Source: an uncultured Mycoplasmatota bacterium
GTDB taxonomy: Bacteria > Bacillota_I > Bacilli_A > RF39 > UBA660
Assembly: GCA_946554325.1 (NCBI GenBank)
Contig: CAMNSB010000003.1
Span: 1 to 47,111 of the forward strand
Direction: 5' to 3'
DNA: 47,111 nucleotides
The first letter of the stretch is position 1. Every line of letters begins with the position of its first letter. The notes under the pieces are model-generated. The model saw only the letters and a list, made by a program, of their open reading frames with translations, had not been told where the DNA came from and did no database searches. Shown one piece after another: positions 39,222 through 47,111 of the stretch. Made by a program: the position numbers and the translations under genes.

Positions 39222-39412
39222 ATACCCTCCAACAATAAAAGACCAAATTATAGGAGGACATAAACTGCCCGGTACCATCCTATATTGGTCTTAATTAGAT
39301 AACGGTTCTACCCGAATATACTCCAAAGTAGCTTTCCAAAAGACTTCCTATCTATTTCCACCTACCATAGACTCTCTTGAAGGATGATACTTTTGTACTT
39401 TTCTTTTTCAAC
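39222..39412 (-). ncRNA. T-box riboswitch, Ala (GCU) specifier
   Basis: Minus strand: UGAAAAAGAAAAGUA start, AGAGA and GGUGGAA stem I boxes, GAAA-GCU-AC specifier (39330-39332), antiterminator UAUAGGA-UGGUACC-GGGCA-GUUUA-UGUCC-UCCUAUA; upstream of the alaS operon. Confidence 0.9.
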
Positions 39413-39416
39413 GTAT

Positions 39417-40556
39417 TTAATTTTCTCTAATCATTTCCATCACATTCATTTTTTCATCGATGTATGTGAAAACAACTTTGAAACAAGCAATCACAGGAGT
39501 TGCTACAATCATACCTATAATACCAAAGAAATGCTGAAAAATCAATAGGCCAACGATAATTGTTACAGGATGAAGTTGCATTGCTTTTCCCATAATGAGT
39601 GGTTGATAAAAATTATTTTCTAAAAGTTGGACGACAACAATAGAAATAAGTGTAAAAATACCTACAACTGGAGAAATAGTAAATCCAACAAGAACAGCAG
39701 GAACTCCTCCAATATAAGGACCTAAGTAAGGAATAATATCTGTAATAGCACAAAACAAAGCAAATATCATAGGTGCTTTAAGTCCAGCCAAAGTAAGTCC
39801 AATACTTTGTGTAATAAAAACTAAAAACATAACAGCAAAAAGTCCCTGAATATAACCTCGTAATGAATGGTTGAGCCTCTTCATAAGTTCTTTTGCATCA
39901 TCATGATATTTTTTAGGTACAAAATCTAAAAGCCCAACTTTCACTTTACGAAAATCATATAACATATAAAATCCGATCATCATTCCAAGGATTAAAAACA
40001 TTCCTCCACTGACAATAGATTTAGCAAAATTAATAATCATATCAGGAAGTTTCGTAGTAAGACCAATTCCTACATTTTCAATAGATTGAAATATTTGATT
40101 TTTTACACTGCTAAGATCGATACCAGAATCTCCACTAATCGTTACAAATAGCTGATTAACCATTAACTTCAATTCTTTTAAAATACCAGGAATTCCTGTT
40201 ACAAACTCTTTTACTTGCCCAGTAAAGGTAGGAAGAAGCAGTGTAAGAAGTAACGCAATCCCACCAAAGAAAAGTAAAAAAAGCAAAATGCAAGCAAAAA
40301 TTCTAGGCATCTTCTTTTCTAGAAAAGAAGCAATTGGATCAAACAACCATGCAATCAAAAGTCCAATAAAAACAGGTGAAATAATAATTAAAACGGATTT
40401 AATAAACTCTAATATTTTCCATGTTTTAATTAAATAAGTACCAAGGGCGATTAAAACAATAATAGCAATAATAAGCCCAATTCGTAATAGCTTTTTGCTA
40501 AGAGAAATCACTTCATTTAAATTATCTACATCTAACTTATCACGTTTCTTAAGCAT
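39417..40556 (-). CDS. AI-2E family transporter (YrrI-like)
   Basis: Multi-TM; IIPYLGPYIG, QLLENN..QP.IMG...LHP and GMIVATP; lies upstream of alaS like B. subtilis yrrI. Confidence 0.9.
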   Translation of the reverse strand: MLKKRDKLDVDNLNEVISLSKKLLRIGLIIAIIVLIALGTYLIKTWKILEFIKSVLIIISPVFIGLLIAWLFDPIASFLEKKMPRIFACILLFLLFFGGIALLLTLLLPTFTGQVKEFVTGIPGILKELKLMVNQLFVTISGDSGIDLSSVKNQIFQSIENVGIGLTTKLPDMIINFAKSIVSGGMFLILGMMIGFYMLYDFRKVKVGLLDFVPKKYHDDAKELMKRLNHSLRGYIQGLFAVMFLVFITQSIGLTLAGLKAPMIFALFCAITDIIPYLGPYIGGVPAVLVGFTISPVVGIFTLISIVVVQLLENNFYQPLIMGKAMQLHPVTIIVGLLIFQHFFGIIGMIVATPVIACFKVVFTYIDEKMNVMEMIREN

Positions 40557-40632
40557 CCCATCATCTCCCATCTAAGCTTATTATAACACAAATATATGAT
40601 AAAATTACTATTCTTTTTCTAAAACTAAATCA

Positions 40633-41317
40633 TTAATTTTCGAGTTTATGATTTTCATCTATATATTGGTAGGGAAGCATATTTTGATTACTAATAACTG
40701 CTTTACCTAAATTTTTTTTTGGTATCATCTCTAGCCACTTTTGCAGCATGTCCATCCATTTTAACATTTTCTTATTTTGCTCTAATCCATAAGGTTTATG
40801 CTCTTTCGCAAGTTCACGAGTAGCAATTTCCCCTAAATCAGTAAGAGCAACTTCTATATCAGACATATTATCTCGAAGAGATTCTTTTCTGATCCCTTTA
40901 TATGATGTATATTCGCATGCTTTCATACCAGATCATTCTTTATATATTTCATTCGTAAATATTCCATATTCATAATTTTCAGTAATACCTCCCTCTTTCC
41001 ATATATCAGTTAGTCTATTTCTATCTAATATACTTTTTAATCTAGCCTCAATCCACTTATCAGAATATCCCCTTTTACGATAATAGCAAATTGCTCTTTT
41101 TATTGCTATTTCAGGATCAAATACTTCATCAATTCTCTATCCGACTAAAGAAGCTAACCACATTTTAAATGGCTCTGCTTTAGGACTAGGAATTGATTCA
41201 ATAAGTCTTAAAAAGCATTTGCAACATCAACAACACTAAAATAATAGTATTCTTTTTCACTATCCCAAATACTTCTAATCTCATTACCTTCAAATAAATT
41301 TGAAAAAGCAAATTCAT
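40633..41317 (-). pseudogene. Bro-N/phage antirepressor-like gene, decayed
   Basis: FEGNEIRSIWD..KEYYYFSVVDV, LRLIESIPSPKAEPFKMWLA, RIDE..DPE and LRDNMSDIE; in-frame TAG (41137-41139), TGA (40933-40935) and frameshifts. Confidence 0.8.
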
Positions 41318-41351
41318 AATATAAAAAATAATAGCAGCTAAATAACTACTA

Positions 41352-42140
41352 TTACCTTGTTTTTACTAACGTTTTATCTGAATAAAATGCTCCAATATAT
41401 TGTCTACCTGCTTTTGAACGATTGGTAAAAGAGGCAGAATGTGAATAATAATCAGGACTAGTAATGGTATCCGTTAATTTAAAGTTTACATTACAAAGAC
41501 CACATTCATTAAATTGATCAAAGATGGCTTGACGAATATTGATATTAAAAACACCATTTTCTCTTTCTATAATACTATTTTCCCATACTTTCTCATCTGT
41601 TGCCCATTTTGGATAAGAGTCATACATCCAATTAGGTCCAGCACAGGCAGAAACATATGCGAAAACATTTTTATCCTCGAAAGTAAAGCCTAGCTCTTTT
41701 TCTGCTTTATGTAATGCTTCAAATGTAAGTAATGGCAATTTTTTATCTACTAATTCACCACTACAATGACAAACAGCAGTAACATTATTTTCACAATCAT
41801 TTATAATCACAACAGGACAATCAGCAACTGGATGTCCTACAACAATTCCAGGCTCCTTATCAGTAGTAACTAAAATATCCTCTTTAATACTAACATCCCA
41901 TCCATCTTTAGCAGTTAGTATCTCGCAATCGTTCATAATACGATAAGTACCATTCTTATCTTTTTGATCAGCCATAAACATCTTGTGACCATCAAATCCT
42001 TTTTCTTCTCCTAAAATAAGCCTTCTTTTCAAAAAATCCTCTTTTCGGTAAGATGCAGGCAAAGAAGAAGGATAAAATCTAGCAACAGTATTCATATTCC
42101 CATAATAATTTTTTGTATCTAATATATTTACAGTACTCAT
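41352..42140 (-). CDS. PgeF/YfiH (laccase-domain, purine nucleoside phosphorylase-like) protein, divergent
   Basis: DILVT..PG...GHPVADCPVVI...AVCH and DTIT..DYYSH. Confidence 0.75.
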   Translation of the reverse strand: MSTVNILDTKNYYGNMNTVARFYPSSLPASYRKEDFLKRRLILGEEKGFDGHKMFMADQKDKNGTYRIMNDCEILTAKDGWDVSIKEDILVTTDKEPGIVVGHPVADCPVVIINDCENNVTAVCHCSGELVDKKLPLLTFEALHKAEKELGFTFEDKNVFAYVSACAGPNWMYDSYPKWATDEKVWENSIIERENGVFNINIRQAIFDQFNECGLCNVNFKLTDTITSPDYYSHSASFTNRSKAGRQYIGAFYSDKTLVKTR

Positions 42141-42238
42141 ACTTTTCTCCCTCAACTAAAAATATGCTCTATTTTCTCACAAAATACCATTATTTGCAAG
42201 GAAAGGTTTTTTCTTATATAATAAAAATGGTGATTAAA

Positions 42239-42811
42239 ATGTATACAATAAAAGAGGCCTTAGAGTATGAATTAATCATAAAAAACTCTAAATTTATAGC
42301 ACTAATACATCAAGTAAAGAAAAAAGAGGAAATAGAAAAATATCTAAATCTAGCAAAGAAAAAGTATCCAAAAGCAACACATTATGTATATGCTTATAAA
42401 ATTTCTAATATAGAAAAATCAAATGATGATGGGGAACCAAGTGGGACAGCAGGAATGCCCATTCTAAATGTACTAAAAGCGAAAGAGATTACGAATGTAT
42501 TAGTAATCGTAATTCGCTATTTTGGTGGTATTAAACTAGGTGCTGGAGGTCTCATTAGAGCATACGCCTCATCTTGTAAAAAAGTGCTAGAAAAAGCCCA
42601 CCTAGTCTCTTTAATTCCTGCTAAAAAAGTAAAAATAATAACAACCTACGCCAATCAAAAAGAGCTAGATTATCTAATAAAGAATAGTAAAATTTTAGAA
42701 AAGAACTTCACAGATAAAATTATATATATCGTATTAATAGAAGATGAACACATCTTAGATAACAAATTCGCCTATGAAGTAATAGGAGATGATTACATAG
42801 AAACTTGCTAA
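42239..42811 (+). CDS. yigZ: YigZ/IMPACT family protein
   Basis: IKNSKFIA, ATHYVYAY, DDGEPSGTAG.P and RYFGGIKLGAGGLIRAY. Confidence 0.93.
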   Translation: MYTIKEALEYELIIKNSKFIALIHQVKKKEEIEKYLNLAKKKYPKATHYVYAYKISNIEKSNDDGEPSGTAGMPILNVLKAKEITNVLVIVIRYFGGIKLGAGGLIRAYASSCKKVLEKAHLVSLIPAKKVKIITTYANQKELDYLIKNSKILEKNFTDKIIYIVLIEDEHILDNKFAYEVIGDDYIETC

Positions 42812-42819
42812 CACTCTTT

Positions 42820-44247
42820 TTAATGTTCCAAATACTCTTCTAATGCCTTTTGTGCTTCTATAGGATCATCCATTTCATCATCATAATAACTATGAAAAGT
42901 ATTAGTCTTTATTTTCCTAACATTCTCACTAGATGCTGTAACAATCATTTTTGTATCAAATAAATTTTGATAAGTATAAAATTTCTTCTGTTTTAAATTC
43001 TTAATTACTTCATCAATCACTTCTTTAGGATAAATTTGTGCATTGTTTCGTTCTGTATGATAAGTAATGTATTTATCAGAGACAAGATCAATTTCAGGAT
43101 GATAAGAATCATAATAATATTCAACATCAACACGTACTTTATCCCCTAGCGTATCATCAGTAGCATAAAAAGTATTATAATGTTCTTCTATTGTAAATTC
43201 TTCTTTCATATCATAGATTTCAGATACAATTTTTTTCTGATACTTAGGAGGTGCTCCATCAATATAAGTAAGTCCAGTAAAATACCAACAAGAAAGGGCA
43301 AACCCAACACAAGAAAGAATAATAGATGTAAAGAAGGTAATAAGAGAGGCTATCTGATTACTTTTTCTATTAGCAATAAATTGAATTAATAAAATAGCAA
43401 TTAAAATAGTGAAAGTAATTACCCCTATTCCAAGTAGAAAAGGTCCGACTAAGAAAAGTCCCTTAAATGATAATAGAATAAGAAGAACAAATAAAATGAT
43501 AAAAGTAACAAGAGCACATAAATCCCAAAGTAAAATAATCCCACAAATAAATTTTAAAAAGTAACTAAACAAAGTAGTTAGAAAATCAAAAACACTTAAA
43601 TGATCTTGATAGACATACTTCTTTTGTTTTACATGCGTTTTCTCATCATGAATAGTTATTTTTTCACGGCTTTGTTGTACTGGTTCATCTATGGAATCAG
43701 TAAGTTCCACTCGATCTAAATACTTTACTTTACAAATATAACAAAATGCTAAAATAGCAAAAATTCCATACGCTAAATTTAGTAAAAATGACCAAAGCGA
43801 AGCAAGTAATCTCATTACTACATTACTATCTCCATGATAAAAGATAGCATTAATAGAGTCTTCTAGAATTATAAAAGGAATTTTACATACAAGAATAACT
43901 GCACATATGATGAAAAGTGTCATCACAAATCGAATCATTTGAGATGCATTCATATTCTCTAAAAGAGCGATTGTTTTTCGAATGGATAATTCGATGGACG
44001 CAATAATAGAATGAAACAATCGATTATCTTGTCTTTCTTTTTCAGCCATGACATCTCCATTCACAAGGATATCTAAACTACAATGAAAAATACGACACAT
44101 CTCCGTTAGTTTTTCCATCTCAGGATAACTGGCCCCAGACTCCCATTTAGAAACGGACTGTCTAGTAACTCCTAACATTTCCGCTAGTTGTTCTTGCGAA
44201 ATATTTTTACTTTTTCGCAAATTCAATAAATTTTCACAAAATTTCAT
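42820..44247 (-). CDS. XRE HTH fused to multi-TM/extracytoplasmic domain (membrane-bound regulator)
   Basis: LRKSKNISQEQLAE.LGVTRQSVSKWESG..YP followed by about 6 TM segments. Confidence 0.85.
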   Translation of the reverse strand: MKFCENLLNLRKSKNISQEQLAEMLGVTRQSVSKWESGASYPEMEKLTEMCRIFHCSLDILVNGDVMAEKERQDNRLFHSIIASIELSIRKTIALLENMNASQMIRFVMTLFIICAVILVCKIPFIILEDSINAIFYHGDSNVVMRLLASLWSFLLNLAYGIFAILAFCYICKVKYLDRVELTDSIDEPVQQSREKITIHDEKTHVKQKKYVYQDHLSVFDFLTTLFSYFLKFICGIILLWDLCALVTFIILFVLLILLSFKGLFLVGPFLLGIGVITFTILIAILLIQFIANRKSNQIASLITFFTSIILSCVGFALSCWYFTGLTYIDGAPPKYQKKIVSEIYDMKEEFTIEEHYNTFYATDDTLGDKVRVDVEYYYDSYHPEIDLVSDKYITYHTERNNAQIYPKEVIDEVIKNLKQKKFYTYQNLFDTKMIVTASSENVRKIKTNTFHSYYDDEMDDPIEAQKALEEYLEH

Positions 44248-44261
44248 TTCTTCACCTCGCT

Positions 44262-44331
44262 CTAACTATAGCACTTTACATGGTTGCGTAGTACCAACTT
44301 TCGGTTGTTTTTTGTAAAATATTAGTTGCAT
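44262..44331 (-). promoter_or_regulatory. Probable autoregulatory operator/promoter of the XRE-membrane gene
   Basis: CAAC-N5-GTTG palindrome plus additional GCAAC half-sites near an extended -10 TGCTATAGT. Confidence 0.45.
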
Positions 44332-44353
44332 GATAAGAAAAAAGAATTACTTT

Positions 44354-44659
44354 TTATTTATGAAACAAATTTTTCATCTTCTCTTTTGGCATAAAACCTG
44401 TTTCTCTAGAAAGCAATTCCCCATCTTGATAGAAATAAATAGTTGGTACTACCATCACTCCATATTGATGTGCAAGTTCTTCATGATTATCAATATCAAT
44501 TTTAATAATGGTAATATCATCATTTTCTTTTGCCATCTCTTCAAGTTCTCCTCCAAGCATTTGACAAGGTCCACACCAAGTGGCAAAAAAGTCTACAACT
44601 ACCTTCCCTGTTTTAATTTCTTCTTCTAAGTTTATACGATTATCATAATGTTTTATCAT
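44354..44659 (-). CDS. trxA: Thioredoxin
   Basis: VVDFFATWCGPC and VPT. Confidence 0.95.
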   Translation of the reverse strand: MIKHYDNRINLEEEIKTGKVVVDFFATWCGPCQMLGGELEEMAKENDDITIIKIDIDNHEELAHQYGVMVVPTIYFYQDGELLSRETGFMPKEKMKNLFHK

Positions 44660-44671
44660 ACATTTCCTCCT

Positions 44672-45394
44672 TTATTTATAATGATAGATGAGTGGTGCTA
44701 AACCTTCTATATCATCTAATTTATCAGTTTTATCTAAAAGCTCTGTCATATCCTCACTAGTCACTACTTTATATTTTAGTAATATGTCTGCCACTTTTAA
44801 ATTAACTTGATTGGTATTAATAGAAGTTTCTGGATTCAATTTATCAGTTAATGAATAAATATCTCCTACTGCATCCTTAAAACCACCCAAAGAATTAGAA
44901 AGAATTGGTGTATCCATTAAAATATAGTTTACAACACCACTACTGGTAAATAAAGAGAACCCTCCTAGTGGAACAGAAAAGATAATAAGGGCAAAAAATA
45001 CATAAAGATACCCCGAAATAAGTCCTACCACAAAACCTAGTATCTTAGATGGTAAAGTAAGAATAAGCGTTAAATCCACAAATTTTTGTATAATTCCAGT
45101 AGTCTTTACAATAATTTGAAAAATAGCAAGCAAAATACTAGCAATAATCACAAAAGCAAGTACCTGATATAAAACTACATTTAAAATAGTAATCCCTTTT
45201 AATTTTCCCAAAAAGTCAAAAAAAGGAAAAAATTTCATCATAAAATTAGCCAGTGGATTTTTAACTTGAAAGGCAATCACATAAACTAGGATAGTTCCAA
45301 TTACCATAACTAGTTCTTTTAAAACACCACGTTTCATTCCTACAACGCCTGCAAGAATAATAAACAAAATAATAACAATATCGAAAATATTCAT
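44672..45394 (-). CDS. CvpA family (colicin V production) membrane protein
   Basis: DIVII...G.KRG..KEL; divergent from rnhC like B. subtilis yshB. Confidence 0.85.
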   Translation of the reverse strand: MNIFDIVIILFIILAGVVGMKRGVLKELVMVIGTILVYVIAFQVKNPLANFMMKFFPFFDFLGKLKGITILNVVLYQVLAFVIIASILLAIFQIIVKTTGIIQKFVDLTLILTLPSKILGFVVGLISGYLYVFFALIIFSVPLGGFSLFTSSGVVNYILMDTPILSNSLGGFKDAVGDIYSLTDKLNPETSINTNQVNLKVADILLKYKVVTSEDMTELLDKTDKLDDIEGLAPLIYHYK

Positions 45395-45567
45395 AACTTA
45401 CTTCCTTTCCAATACTTTCTATAAATAGTATAACCTATTTTTTAAAATTATGCTATAACCTTATGATAACAAATTGTAAAATGTATCTTTTATTTAATGA
45501 CTTTTTATCTTAAAATTGATACAATGGTATTAATAAAAACACTTATGAAAGGAGAAAATAATTCAAA

Positions 45568-46473
45568 ATGAATATGGTAATTAAGGTAAGCGAAGAAACA
45601 AAAAAGAAGATGATTGAGTATTATAAGGATAAGAAAAGAGATAAAGAAATTCCTTATGTTGTTTTTCAGGCAGATGAAGAGGATACGGTTATCACAATGT
45701 ACACATCTGGTAAAGTCATGTTTCAAGGAAAAAGTGCTGATGTAGATGCTACTATGTGGATGGAAGTAGATGGCCAAAGTGCAAAGAGTGAAAAAAAAGA
45801 AGATTTAGGTAAATATCATAACTGTACATCAGTTGGTAGTGATGAAGTGGGAACGGGAGACTACTTTGGTCCAATCGTAGTAACAGCATCCTATGTAACA
45901 AAAGAAGATGTAAAGTTCTTAGAGGATTTAGGAATCAGGGACTCTAAAAAAATTGATGATGAAAAAATTAAAAAAATAGCTCCAGAAATAGCAAAAAGAA
46001 TCAAATATCGTAGTATGATTTTAAGTAATAAAGAATATAATGAAAAATATAGTAAAGATATCAATATGAATAAAATCAAAGCCATCCTTCATAACAAAGT
46101 ACTATATCAATTAATAGAAGAAGAACATCCTAAAATTGATTATATTATTGTAGATGAATTTGCTAGAGAAAAAAGATATTATGAATATTTAGAGGGGATT
46201 CCAAACATCCAGCGAGGAATCACTTTTATGACCAAAGCAGAAGATAAAAACCTAGCAGTAGCATGTGCTTCTATTATTAGTCGTTATATCTTTTTAAAGG
46301 AGTTTGATAAACTTTGTGATACCCTTCACCTACCTCTAGTAAAGGGTGCAGGAAGTGAAGTAGATAAGATTGGAGAAGAAGTAGTAGAAAAATATGGAGA
46401 AGAAAAATTAACAGAGATTGCCAAACTTAACTTTAAGAATACAGAAAGAATTCTACATACCATGATATTTTAA
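45568..46473 (+). CDS. rnhC: Ribonuclease HIII
   Basis: N-terminal TBP-like YTSGKVMFQG; GSDEVGTGDYFGP, DSKK and AVACASIISR. Confidence 0.96.
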   Translation: MNMVIKVSEETKKKMIEYYKDKKRDKEIPYVVFQADEEDTVITMYTSGKVMFQGKSADVDATMWMEVDGQSAKSEKKEDLGKYHNCTSVGSDEVGTGDYFGPIVVTASYVTKEDVKFLEDLGIRDSKKIDDEKIKKIAPEIAKRIKYRSMILSNKEYNEKYSKDINMNKIKAILHNKVLYQLIEEEHPKIDYIIVDEFAREKRYYEYLEGIPNIQRGITFMTKAEDKNLAVACASIISRYIFLKEFDKLCDTLHLPLVKGAGSEVDKIGEEVVEKYGEEKLTEIAKLNFKNTERILHTMIF

Positions 46474-46497
46474 AGAGATGCCAAGCATCTCTTTTTC
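46473..46497. terminator. Bidirectional terminator
   Basis: AAAGAGATGC-CAA-GCATCTCTTT. Confidence 0.75.
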
Positions 46498-46524
46498 TAT
46501 ACATTTAATAATTCAAATGAGTGA

Positions 46525-47109
46525 TCAAGACACATTAGGATCTAAATCAACAGTAAACGGATCATCGCGACTCCCGTCCCCACCACCTACGATTGTCCCA
46601 GGTGCAAGTGAAACTGCGGGCCGAACGCCGAACGGGTTGTGCATGCCGTAGTTGCTCAGATTGCCACTGGAGCTGACGCCGAGGCCGTTAGCATAGTAGT
46701 AGTCGAAGTAAGACGGCGACAAAGCCCACCAATACTTATTCGTATACAAATAACTTAAACTACTATATCCACTCCATCCATGTCCTGCTAATGTTAACTC
46801 ATCTCCTGTGAGTAGTGCCACTGGATAGGTTAATGCTCCATTTCCATTCTCTTCACTTACTGTAAATTGATCTAATTTGTTAACACATTCCAAACTTGGT
46901 TGATGTAATACCACATTTCTTCCATTCGCACCAAATCTTGTATAAGTATTGGTACTAGAATCTTCATCCTTACTCTTTAATGGTCCATTATAGATACTCC
47001 TATCATTACACCATACTGTATCTTCCAACGAGTCAGTATAATCCAACATATTTGCCTGATACCAATTATCAATTGCCTTCTTGATTGTAGAATCATTTGT
47101 ATTGACAAA
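46525..47109 (-). CDS. Surface protein C-terminus with CLec-like DGR-target domain, 5'-truncated by window edge
   Basis: Frame is open to the edge (FVNTNDSTIKKAIDNWYQAN...). It contains WCNDR, YPVALLTGDE, YWWALSP...GVRPAVSL and GGDGS.DDPF. Confidence 0.85.
   Translation of the reverse strand, partial: FVNTNDSTIKKAIDNWYQANMLDYTDSLEDTVWCNDRSIYNGPLKSKDEDSSTNTYTRFGANGRNVVLHQPSLECVNKLDQFTVSEENGNGALTYPVALLTGDELTLAGHGWSGYSSLSYLYTNKYWWALSPSYFDYYYANGLGVSSSGNLSNYGMHNPFGVRPAVSLAPGTIVGGGDGSRDDPFTVDLDPNVS
46606..46735 (-). other. Putative DGR variable region (VR)
   Basis: 70/120 nt G+C in 46611-46730; 21 of 28 consecutive codons end in C and none in A; ends in the G/C-rich CGGCGTTCGGCCCGC. Confidence 0.75.
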
Positions 47110-47111
47110 CA

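Noticed and set aside
39222-39278. N-terminal extension MVPGSLCPP... of the kinase ORF
   Set aside because: This sequence is the T-box antiterminator. The real start is ATG 39221 after GGAGGG.
40933-40935. In-frame TGA at a position where Trp is expected (EIYKE*SGMK), suggesting genetic code 4
   Set aside because: The same remnant also has an in-frame TAG and frameshifts. Intact genes use TGG for Trp and TGA as a stop (e.g. ATGA overlaps at 2652 and 19656). This is pseudogene decay.
1-47111. CRISPR arrays, tRNA/rRNA genes, intact IS elements, reverse transcriptase
   Set aside because: No regularly spaced repeats, cloverleaf or rRNA-like segments, DDE transposase ORFs or YADD-type RT ORF were seen by eye.

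Overview
AT-rich (roughly 28-30% GC by spot counts) chromosomal segment of a genome-reduced, sporulation-gene-bearing Bacilli member. RF39-like affiliation is an inference from gene content; the standard code is used (TGA = stop). The backbone is housekeeping and sporulation genes: lepA, hemW, tmk, ylbJ/ylbL, mutS, nusB-xseA-xseB, spoIVB, spoIIM, mnmA, xerD-deoB, rarA, alaS-holA, trxA, cvpA and rnhC. Small accessory modules and decayed genes lie between them. Highlights: (1) a gene truncated at the right edge ends in a GC-rich, NNC-codon-rich segment typical of a diversity-generating retroelement (DGR) variable region, with no TR or RT in the window; an orphan paralogous 3' cassette sits beside a type IV pilus ATPase and two prepilins. 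(2) An Ala-specifier T-box appears to work by Shine-Dalgarno sequestration and sits before a kinase-kinase-alaS-holA operon. (3) A secreted-protein/ABC cassette has a first gene bracketed by a 5'-3' RNA panhandle, with a Spo0A-type box upstream. (4) A two-gene module (unknown protein + XRE) has a perfect 20-bp operator palindrome. (5) Several unrelated orphan proteins share a basic C-terminal tail. All family calls are from motif recognition; no searches were run.
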